The notes under the pieces: model-generated
What the model was told of the DNA's origin: nothing
The model's database searches: none
The model's input: the letters and a program-made list of their open reading frames with translations, nothing else
NCBI GenBank assembly: GCA_016179745.1
Contig: JACPCP010000017.1
Coordinates: 2,626-66,625, forward strand
Direction: 5' to 3'
DNA length: 64,000 nt
From: Candidatus Omnitrophota bacterium
Lineage (GTDB): Bacteria > Omnitrophota > Omnitrophia > Omnitrophales > JACQLI01
Part shown: one piece after another, positions 9,481-18,800 of the stretch
How the letters are laid out: every line of letters starts with the position of its first letter
Numbering within the stretch: position 1 is the stretch's first letter
Made by a program: the position numbers and the translations under genes

Positions 9481-10332
9481 GTGAAGTTCCCTCTCTTTCT
9501 CCTGATCGGAGACCCCTTTCTCTCCCGGGAAAAGGCGAAAGAGATCATTGCCTCGCTTCAAAAGGAATTGGGAGACGGTCTCGCCGTCACCTTTTCTCGG
9601 GCGGGTGACGAACCGGTCGAATCGCTCCTGGCCCAGGCCCGCACCCTTCCCTTTCTTGCGCCTGCGCAAGTTTTCTGTATGAGCGGGGCGGAACGGTTTA
9701 CGAAAAGTGATTTGACGCTCTGGCAGACTTACTTTCAATCGCCGCACCCTCAAAGCATTTTCCTCTTTGAGGCTGAGGCGCTGGAAAAGGGCCATCCCTT
9801 TCTTGAAGCGGCTGCGAAGGCCCGCCAGCTTTTCCTGCTCCGCCCCGACGCCCGAAAACTTGTGGCCCATTTCATTCAGGAAAAGCTTCGTGAGGCCCGG
9901 AAGCAAATCACCCCGGACGCCCTGGCGCTTTTGGAGTCCAGGCTGGACGACTCTTTTCTCTTTCTGGATTCAGTCCTCGACCAGTTGATTCTGGCGGCCG
10001 GTGAGAAGCCGGAAATTGACCGTGCCGCCGTGGAGGCCCTGGAGGAAAAGTGGAAGCAGTTTGGAGGGTTTGATCTCACGCAGGCCCTGGCCGAACGGGA
10101 TTTTCCGAGGTGTTTGAAGATCCTGGAAGAGCTTTTGGAGGTGTCGGGCCAGGACGTGACGGCCCTGGTGGGGCCGCTTCACTGGCAGTTGAGGCGTTTG
10201 TGGGAAACGAAAAAGTCCCCGGTGGTGGAAAAGGCGCTGGAAGGGCTCTTTTACCTTGATTGGCACCTGAAGACCGGCCGGGCCCTCGGCCGCACCGAAT
10301 TGGAAAGCTGGCTGGTCAGTGCGACGAGCTGA
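9481..10332 (+). CDS. holA: DNA polymerase III delta subunit
   Basis: GTG start. The N-terminus FLLIGDPFLSREKAKEI and overall helical layout are typical of HolA. Synteny with the lptE-like gene supports the call. Confidence 0.65.
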   Translation: MKFPLFLLIGDPFLSREKAKEIIASLQKELGDGLAVTFSRAGDEPVESLLAQARTLPFLAPAQVFCMSGAERFTKSDLTLWQTYFQSPHPQSIFLFEAEALEKGHPFLEAAAKARQLFLLRPDARKLVAHFIQEKLREARKQITPDALALLESRLDDSFLFLDSVLDQLILAAGEKPEIDRAAVEALEEKWKQFGGFDLTQALAERDFPRCLKILEELLEVSGQDVTALVGPLHWQLRRLWETKKSPVVEKALEGLFYLDWHLKTGRALGRTELESWLVSATS

Positions 10333-10585
10333 GCTTGGAGAGAAAGAGAGCGGTCCGGGATTTTTTCCGGTCGGCCCGCCGCTTCGGAACAATCTTCGCC
10401 GAGACGGCCCGGTCCCAATGGGAGGCGAGGGTGCGCACGAGAGACTCTGCTTCGGTCCGGTCTTTCGGGGTGAGGGCGGTGAGTTTCCGCTCGAGCGTTT
10501 TCAGTTCGCTTAAGACCGCCTGATTCTGCACCCGTTTCCCCGCATCTTTACGAATTTGACGGATCGCCGACTTAACGTTTGCCAT
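10316..10585 (-). CDS. rpsT: 30S ribosomal protein S20
   Basis: MANVKSAIRQIRKDAGKRVQNQAVLSELKT is a textbook S20 N-terminus. The start is moved to the internal ATG, giving 89 aa. Confidence 0.9.
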   Translation of the reverse strand: MANVKSAIRQIRKDAGKRVQNQAVLSELKTLERKLTALTPKDRTEAESLVRTLASHWDRAVSAKIVPKRRADRKKSRTALFLSKLSSSH

Positions 10586-10652
10586 AAGAGGCCGAAACTT
10601 TAACACAATGACCCACCCCGGTCAAGCGATTCCAGGGAAATCCAGAGGCGGA

Positions 10653-12254
10653 ATGAAATCCCAGCTCCTGAAAGCGGCGGGCATCATCGGCCTTCTCACG
10701 CTGGCAAGCCGCATCCTCGGGATGATCCGTGACATCGTGAGCGCCAAAAGTTTCGGCACCACATGGCAGTGGGACGCCTTCATCTACGCCTTCATGCTTC
10801 CCAATTTTATGCGCCGCCTCGTGGGGGAGGGAGCGCTTTCAAGCGCCTTCATTCCTGTTTATGCCGAGATCCTGGAGAAAAAGGGGAAGGAAGAGGCGGC
10901 CCGCTTCGGGAACCTCATCTTCACCCTGCTTTTTTGGGGACTCACCCTTTTTCTCCTGGCGGTGGAAGTCCTGATTTTTTTTCTCCTGAAATGGCCCTCT
11001 CTGCCTCCCGTGGTCCGGCTCACGCTGGAGCTCCTTCAGGTGCTTTTCCCCTACCTCCTTTTTATTTCACTCTGCGCCCTTTCGATGGGGATCCTGAATT
11101 GTCACCGGCGGTTTTTCTCACCGTCGCTCGGGCCGGTCATTTTGGACATTGTCTGGATTGCCGCCGTGGTGTGGATTTCGCCCGTCGGGGGCTCCCGGCC
11201 GGAGGAGAGGGTGCTTTGGCTGGCCGTTTGCCTTCTCGTTTCCGGGGCCCTTCAGCTCGGCGTTCAAATTCCTTCGCTCCTTCGCTCGGGATTTTCCGCC
11301 CGCTTTGTTTTTGATTTCCTTCATCCCGGCCTCCGGAAAGTAGGCCGGCTCGTTCTCCCGGCCATCCTCGGGTTTGCCATCGTGCAGATCAATATCTTCG
11401 TCGATATGACGATGGGATTCTGGGCCGGGCCCGGCGCCAATTCGAGCCTTTGGTATGGAAACCGCCTGATGCAATTCCCGCTGGGTGTCTTTGCGATTGC
11501 CATGGGAACGGCGCTCCTCCCCACCATTTCTTACCACACGGCCCGGCAGGAGATGGAGGAGGCGAAGCGGGCGCTTTCCTTTTCGCTCCGCTCGGTCTTT
11601 TTCATTATCTTCCCCGCCACTGTGGGGCTCATGGTCCTGGCAACTCCCATTGTCCGGCTCCTTTTTGAACGGGGAGAATTTGATGCGGTCTCAACGGCCC
11701 GCACGTCCTTCACGCTCCTTTGCTACACGATCGGCCTCTTTGCCTATTCCGGGCAGAAGCTCGTCGTAGCGGGCTTCTACGCTTTGCAGGACACAAAGAC
11801 CCCGATGAAGGTGGGGGCGGCTGCGCTTCTCCTCAACCTTCTTTTTAATTTTCTTCTGATTCATCCCATGAAGGAGGCCGGCCTGGCCCTCTCGACTTCC
11901 ATCTCCGGGATTTTCAATTTCCTCTTTCTCGTTTATCTTTTTGAGAAGCGGATCGCCGGCTTCAACGTGCGGGAGATTGTGATTTCATCCGTCCGCATTT
12001 TGGCGGCGAGCCTTGTCATGGGTGGAGCAGCTTGGTACCTTTTCAAGGTATTTTATGCGCTGGCCTCCGGGCCGGATTCGCTCCGGCTCCTGGTGGGAGT
12101 TTTTGGAAGCATTTCGATCTCGTGTCTGATTTACGCCGGCCTTTGCCTGGTCTTCCGGGTCCGGGAAATGCAGGAGGCGCTCCGGTGGTTTCGAGAGTCC
12201 CGGTCCGGACGGCGGGCGTCTGTGGCGGAAAGGATGGGTGAGGAGCCATTGTAA
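10653..12254 (+). CDS. murJ: Lipid II flippase MurJ/MviN
   Basis: MKSQLLKAAGIIGLLTLASRILGMIRD, FGTTWQWDAFIYAFMLPNFMRRLVGEGALSSAFIPVY and many TM segments. Divergent from rpsT, as in many bacteria. Confidence 0.9.
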   Translation: MKSQLLKAAGIIGLLTLASRILGMIRDIVSAKSFGTTWQWDAFIYAFMLPNFMRRLVGEGALSSAFIPVYAEILEKKGKEEAARFGNLIFTLLFWGLTLFLLAVEVLIFFLLKWPSLPPVVRLTLELLQVLFPYLLFISLCALSMGILNCHRRFFSPSLGPVILDIVWIAAVVWISPVGGSRPEERVLWLAVCLLVSGALQLGVQIPSLLRSGFSARFVFDFLHPGLRKVGRLVLPAILGFAIVQINIFVDMTMGFWAGPGANSSLWYGNRLMQFPLGVFAIAMGTALLPTISYHTARQEMEEAKRALSFSLRSVFFIIFPATVGLMVLATPIVRLLFERGEFDAVSTARTSFTLLCYTIGLFAYSGQKLVVAGFYALQDTKTPMKVGAAALLLNLLFNFLLIHPMKEAGLALSTSISGIFNFLFLVYLFEKRIAGFNVREIVISSVRILAASLVMGGAAWYLFKVFYALASGPDSLRLLVGVFGSISISCLIYAGLCLVFRVREMQEALRWFRESRSGRRASVAERMGEEPL

Positions 12255-12358
12255 CCAAGCAAAAAAGGGGACAGGCCTCGGAAGAGAACCCGCCGAAAGG
12301 TTTCCGAGACCTGTCCCCTCGAATCCGAAATCTTCCCTTCACGCCGGGTGTTTACCTG

Positions 12359-13738
12359 ATGAAAAATCGGGAAGGGGAGATCCTCTACATCGGAAAGGCC
12401 CGCTCGCTCAAGAAGCGGGTCGCCTCCTACCTTCGGGACCGGGGCCAAATGCCCAAGATTCAGGTCCTCCTGTCAAAAGTCGGGGACCTCGATTATGTCG
12501 AGACACCGACCGAGGTCGACGCCCTCCTCCTCGAAGCCGAGCTCATCCGAAAATTCCAGCCCCGTTACAATAAAGAGCTCAAGGACGACAAGAGTTACCC
12601 GCTTCTCAAAATCACAGGGGATGAATTTCCCCGTCTTCACGTCACCCGGAATAAAACGGACAAGAAGGCGCTCTATTACGGCCCTTACACGGACGCCAAA
12701 CTCTTGAGGGAAGCCGTTACCCTCATCAACACCGTCTTTCCGATTCGAAAGTGCCGGAAGCTCCCCAAAAAGGCCTGCCTTTATTACCACATCGGCCAAT
12801 GCCTCGCTCCCTGCATCAAGCCGGAGGTGAAGCCGGAGTATCACCGCCTCGTCAATGAAGTGAAAGGGTTCCTCGGGGGCGGGAAGAGGAGCTTTATGGA
12901 TTATTTGAGCGACCGGATGTTTGAGGCGGCGAAGGAGCTTCGTTTCGAGGATGCGCAATTTTTTAAGGAACAGATTGAGGCGCTCGGCCGGCTCAAGAAG
13001 AAACGTTTTTCCCCCCGGATGCCGGCGGGCCGAATCGGGCTTTCGGCCACGCTGGAACTAAAGCACCTTCTCAAGATGGGAAAATTGCCCGAGCGGATCG
13101 TTTGTTTCGATGTCTCCAACATTCAGGGGGAGGAGGCCGTGGCGTCGAGGGTTGCCTTTTACCGGGAATTGCCGGACAAATTGGAATACCGCCGCTACAA
13201 AATTAAAACCGTCACGGGGATCGATGACTACGCAATGATTCAGGAGGCGGTCGGGAGAATGCTCGCCGGCCTGAAAGAAGGGAGGGAAAGTTTTCTGCCC
13301 GATCTTATCGTGATTGATGGGGGAAAGGGGCACTTGAATGCCGCCCGTGCAACTCTGGAGCGGGAGGGCTTTCAGGAGACCGAACTGGCCTCAATTGCCA
13401 AGCAGTTTGAGACCGTTTACTCGGCCCGTTTGGGCGGCGAAGTCTCCATTCCCCGGGACTCGCCCGCCCTTCACCTCCTTGAAAAGGTGCGGGACGAGGC
13501 CCACCGGTTTGCGATCACGTATCACCGCTCCTTGAAGGAAAAGCAGATGTCCCGGTCCGTGCTGGATGAAATTCCGGGGATCGGCGAGAGAAGGAAACGG
13601 ATTTTGTTAGAGCAGTTTGATTCAATCGAGGTCCTCAAGCGGACCGGTGTGGGCGAGCTGGCCGGCCTCCCCGGCATGAATCGACGGGTTGCCGAAAAAG
13701 TTCTTGAGCGCCTCAAAAATAAAACTAACAATTCATAA
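12359..13738 (+). CDS. uvrC: Excinuclease ABC subunit C (compact form)
   Basis: Has a GIY-YIG domain (EILYIGKARSLKKRVASYL), a Cys cluster (CLYYHIGQCLAPC), a UVR domain (FEDAQFFKEQIEAL), an endonuclease domain (VCFDVSNIQGEE) and a C-terminal (HhH)2 (IPGIGERRKRILLEQF). Conserved N-terminal residues LPFTPGVYL lie upstream of the first ATG (see findings). Confidence 0.85.
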   Translation: MKNREGEILYIGKARSLKKRVASYLRDRGQMPKIQVLLSKVGDLDYVETPTEVDALLLEAELIRKFQPRYNKELKDDKSYPLLKITGDEFPRLHVTRNKTDKKALYYGPYTDAKLLREAVTLINTVFPIRKCRKLPKKACLYYHIGQCLAPCIKPEVKPEYHRLVNEVKGFLGGGKRSFMDYLSDRMFEAAKELRFEDAQFFKEQIEALGRLKKKRFSPRMPAGRIGLSATLELKHLLKMGKLPERIVCFDVSNIQGEEAVASRVAFYRELPDKLEYRRYKIKTVTGIDDYAMIQEAVGRMLAGLKEGRESFLPDLIVIDGGKGHLNAARATLEREGFQETELASIAKQFETVYSARLGGEVSIPRDSPALHLLEKVRDEAHRFAITYHRSLKEKQMSRSVLDEIPGIGERRKRILLEQFDSIEVLKRTGVGELAGLPGMNRRVAEKVLERLKNKTNNS

Positions 13739-13797
13739 CAATCTGAGCAATTTTAGAGTATTCCTTCACATTCCTTATCTGTCGATTCCCGAACTGG

Positions 13798-13826
13798 TTG
13801 CATTTCAGAGGGAATCAGGTTAAATT
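13798..13826 (+). promoter_or_regulatory. Candidate sigma-70 promoter upstream of the giant ORF
   Basis: TTGCAT, a 17-nt spacer, then TAAATT, about 95 nt upstream of the ATG at 13921. Pattern match only. Confidence 0.3.
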
Positions 13827-13920
13827 TACTCCAATTAGTTTTTTCGGGGGCCTCTGGCGCCAGCGGCAACACTGAAGTTCGATTTTGATCTGAAAGTGAC
13901 GCTGGGGCAGGCAAGTTCTA

Positions 13921-15879
13921 ATGGGAATCCAAAAATACCGCTCAAAAACCGTCGCTTTTTTTGTCGCCCTTTCCTTCATCCTTTTAAATTGTGGTGCGAA
14001 TCTTCACGCCCAAACTCCGTCCGGAGAGGCTCTCGTCTCTCGATTCCCATTAGTCGATGAGGCCCCAATCAGCCTTCCGGCGGAGCTGGGTGTGATTCAG
14101 GAGACCTACCAGGGCCATTCCAATCAAACCGTGATTTACCTTCAGGATGCCCACACCCATCCTGAGGCGCAGCGGTCCATTCAAAAAATCATCGATTACT
14201 TCCAGAGGCGCCACGGACTTCAGCTCGTCACGGTTGAAGGGGGAGAGGGCAGGCTCGACCCTCTTCTTTTCCGGGCCTACCCCGGGCGGAAAAATCTGGA
14301 GTCGGTCTTCCGGGATTATCTCGACAAGGGAGAACTCTCCGGCGTGGCCGCAGCCGCCGTCCTCAATGAAAGGCCGGCTGAGTATTACGGGATCGAAGAC
14401 CGGAAACTCTACGAAGAAGGGATGCTGGCCTATCTTGCCGCCGACCGGAAAATCCCGGAAACGCTCGAGAAGCTTGACCGCCTCCAAGGCGATCTTGATC
14501 GAAAGAAAGAGCGCCTTTACTCTCCGGAACTTTTGAAGCTGGACCGTGCAATCAAAGAATTTGAAGCCGAAAAAGTACGATTAGCAGAGTTTCTGGCCTT
14601 CCTTGCAGGTTACGAAGGCGGCGTGCCTTCCGTCATTGCGAGCGAACGAAGTGAGCGAAGCAATCTTAAAGGTTATCCCCACCTCTTCGCCCTGATCAAA
14701 GAAATCGAGACGGAAGGATCGGATTCAAAGGCCGTGACGGCTGAGATCCGTTCGCTGACCCACGAGCTCAAGCCCCTCCTCAAAGATAAATCCGAACTCA
14801 TGTCTTTCAATGAGAACGAGCAGGCTTACCAGACCGGCCGGCTTTCGGCCCATGCCTTCGCCCATTTCCTCCTTGAAATGGCGGGGCAGCTTTATCGCCA
14901 CCTCGGTAGCGGAGGCTTAAGCCTCCGCTACCTTAAGGCAAATTACCCTGCCCTTCTCAAAGCCACCGAACATTTCCCCCTCCTCAAAAAGATGCAGGCC
15001 CCGGTTTTCTTCGAGGAGCTCGAATCGTATCTTGCCGAACTGAAATCCCGCCTCTTTCCCAGCGAAGCGGCGGAACGTTTGGACGCACTCGATCAGCGTC
15101 TTGCCCGGATGCGGAGTCTCGTCCGAATGGAGTTGACCCGGAAGGATTGGGAAGCGCTGAAGAGAGACATCGCTGTCAATCATCGTCTTTCAGCGGAGCC
15201 GTCCCTTGACGACTTTGTCGCTTTTTATCGAATCGCCGAAGCCCGTGAGAAAGTCTTTGTTGAAAAAATCCAGAAGCTTCTCGAAAAAGGGGACCGGGAA
15301 ATCCTCTTCCTTTCCGGGGGGTTTCATACGGAAGGAGTCACAGAGGCTTTTAGGAAACAAGGTCTGTCTTACGTTTTGATTACGCCCCGGATCACCAAAA
15401 GCCCCGAAGAAGGTCTTTATCAAAAAATGATGCGGGGAGAGGTCTCGTGGAAGAATTACTTCAAGGTCCGGAACGGCTGGGTCAATCTCTACGAGGCGTT
15501 TGCCGAGGCCACGGCGGATCGATTGGCCAGGCGGCCGGCCGAAGGGGAGCGAAGAAAAATCCTCCGGCTCTGGCGCGATGACGTGATCAGGAAATTATCC
15601 GGGGAGCGGAGGATCGAGCAATCCCGGGCCTACACCCGTTTCATCGAGAGAGCGGCGCTTGAAACCGTTTCGCCTGAGGAACTCACCCGGCTTCAATCCC
15701 TCTGGCGCGCCCGCCTCGACCGTTTCCTCACCGGTCTTAAAGACCTCGTCACCCAAAACCGCCTCACCGAGCAAAACCTCCTCCGCCTCTTCGCCAAGCC
15801 CGCTTCAATGCCCGCTGCGGTTCTTCCCCTCTTTCCGACTTCTCGACTTCCAATCGCCCTCGATCGGATCACCCATCCC
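13921..15879 (+). other. Block 0: secreted N-terminal module of unknown function (~650 aa)
   Basis: A signal peptide is followed by VIYLQDAHTHPEAQRSIQKII...LVTVEGGEG and LFLSGGFHTEGVTEAFRKQGLSYVLITPRI. The block ends at variant junction RSELR. I do not recognise a named family. Confidence 0.4.
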
Positions 15880-18800
15880 CGGTCCGAGCTAAGGAGTGAC
15901 GAAATAAAGGAGGGTAGGCCGAGAGGAGTGGACTGGCAAACTTTTATAGAGGGGGAGATCAAGCGAAGCCCTCCCTGGAAGGACGATCCCGCTTATCAGG
16001 GTACGTGGAAACAGGCCGCGCTGGGAGGAACACTGGGCGTTACGGACCTTTTGATGGATCAAATTGTGAAATTACTGGAAGGAAATGGAATGCTAACGAA
16101 AGAAAGACGTTTACTCCCCGGGCGTGTTGGCCTAGTTCTAGGATTTGGTAGATCCGCGAACGAATTATCAGAGGCTAAACACTGGTTCAACTTGGAGGTT
16201 GTCCACGGTGTAGAGTGGGTCGATGGACGGGTCGAAGATGCTGCAAAGGGTTTTGCAAACCTGGGCCTTTCTCCCCGTAATTTTAGGCTGCACCACGAGA
16301 GCATGGAAGAGCTCAAAGACACAATCGCCGATGAATCCGTCGATTTCGTATATGCAAGGGCTATTAGCTATGATTTTAAAGGAGCGTCCCGAAAGTTGGG
16401 ATTGGAGATCCTCCGGATTCTAAAGCCAGGCGGAATATTCTACACAGATGACAGTTCCCCTGAACTGAGAGAAGCCCTTCGAGAGCATGGTGAACTCTTG
16501 GGAGGACCAGACATCTCTGGAATGCCGGGATTCACAATATTTAAGAAGCCGGATCACGAACAATCCTCCCGCGCCGAGGTGCGTTCCGGCGTAGTTCACC
16601 TCGCCGCCGTCCGAAGGGGTAGCCGTCAGGGTGGGAGAGGAATCCTCCCAAATCGTCATGAAAATGAGAGCGAGAGATCTCTGCGTCAAAGGCGTCGGGA
16701 GCTGGAAGAAAGGATTTCAGTCCTGAAAGATAGAATCGTCCAGTGGGAGGAAGATCGCGGCCTGTTACTCAAAAGAATTTACGACTCGACTTCTCCCGAA
16801 CAAAGAGCCACGGTCTTAAACAATCACCAAGAGTGGGGCGATATCAATCAAATCCTGATCTGGAAGAGAAGGGATCTGAAAGCGCTTCAGAGAGAATTGG
16901 AGAACCCGTCAACATCCTCCCGCGCCGAGCCTGCTTCGCCCAGAGGGCTTCGCAGAGCTGAGGTGCGGGGCGAGGCCTCTACGAAGCTCGAGCGAAGTAG
17001 GGCCGAGGTGCGGAAAAGGAATATCAGTGGGTTTGGGGACGCTGCCGGTGGGAATCCAAGTAAAGAAGTGTTAGAACGAAGGCGATCAGAATCAAAGTGG
17101 CGACAACCGGAATCATCAGTTTACCCCTCCTTTCCGGGCGGCGTGAATAAGGATTCCAATCCCGATACACAAAATGCCCAGCGAGGAAAAGGTGAGACGA
17201 AGATAGGTCGGCAGCTTCTCAAAAAAAGAACTCGCGAACCCGACCGTAAGAATCGCCTTTCCCATATCAGCAAAGTTCTTGCCGACAAATTTCTTCGTGG
17301 ACTCATCAAAGGTAATCATACTTGGTTTCCTCTCAGATTCCCAGCCTCATCCTTCAGAAGTGGGAGTATAGGGAAAAATTCAAAAGAAGTCAATATAGAT
17401 TTTCATAAAAAACATAACCCATTTCCCACTCCTTTCCGCGCCGAGGTGCGGGGAGAGAAGACCGCAGAGGAAAGGATACGTAGGCTTTATTCGTGGTTTG
17501 ACCAAACTGAGAGTTACAAAGAGATGAAACGTGTGCTGAAACAACATCCCAAGGTAAAGATATTCGGGGGGGCAAACCAGGTTTCAGTCTACTCGTCAGA
17601 GAGCGCTCTTCCCATCATGACGTCGCCGAGTGAGACTCTTCGTCAATATCTGATGCAGGATCAAGGATTGGAGGGAGGGCTTTCCATTAAGGAAATGGAG
17701 CGCCTCAGCGGCGAAGTTTTGGGAGAAGAGATCGAGACCCTCCTTACGGTCTTTACGACCGTCTCTTTTAAGGAGGCCATGGAGTTCATCGAAAACTTTT
17801 CCGTCCGCCCACCGACTGAAGCAGAGATGAAATTCTTCGAGCACTTGAAGCGATATGTCGATGATTCGACCCAAGTGAGCCAGGAAATGGCCTATCAGGC
17901 AGCCATTTACCATCTTGCGGGACGCGACGGTTCCTACGCCCCGCTTCTTGATTATGTGAATCACCTCCTCGAAAACCGGGGGAAAAATCCGAGGATTCAC
18001 TCCTCTTCTCCTTCTCAAGCCGTTCAGTCTTTTGACGAAGTCAGGGAAATAAAAATCTGGGGGGTTAAGGAAGGTCTTGCCACCCACGTTTCCAGAATCC
18101 AGGTAAGGCTCCAAAACCGGCCGCCGGTCTATTTTGCGATGAATGTCGCCCAGGATTTACATGGGTCGGCCGACACTCTTCGGGATGCCCATCGTGTCTT
18201 GGAAGAGGACTACGAGTGGGATCCCCGTTACATCATGGAGCCCCTGGGGCTCGGCGCCGGCAAGGCGAAACGGTGGGGAGAAAGGGTGGTTTCGATTCCA
18301 ATCTCGGTGGGGGAATGGCTTGAGGAATTTGAGGAGCTTCATCTGGAGCCGGAGAGCGATACACGGTTTGAAATTTGGCGGGAACAAGGAAAACGGAAGG
18401 AAATCGTTGACCGGGAAGGGTCGAATCAGATCTGGAGCCAGATTGCCTATCTTCGAACGCTCTATTCCCGCAAGACCGCCGACGGGGTCATTTTGGCGAG
18501 GGGAGTCGTCTTGGCCGGAGATTATGTCGGGCGGAGAGGAAAGGACGGCCGGTGGGAAGTCATGCAGGTCTGGCCCCGAAGGAAGAAAAATGAGCGATAC
18601 CCCGATCCTGCAGCTATCATTCTAAACGGCCTTCTTTTGCAAGAACTCGATTTCCTCAAGCCCAACCCGGACGTGCCCGCTTTGATCTTTTGGTCCCGTT
18701 TTGATCTTGCACTAGGGTCTGTCTTGGCCGCATTAGAGGATCAAGCGGCCGGACCCAAAAGGAATTCTTTGGAACCCATTGCCCGAGAAACTTTGAATCT

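Noticed and set aside
10763-12448. Multiple alternative-frame ORFs over murJ and the murJ-uvrC junction
   Set aside because: They lie in off-frames of a clear MurJ gene. They are Pro/Gly/Arg-rich, as expected for GC-rich off-frames.
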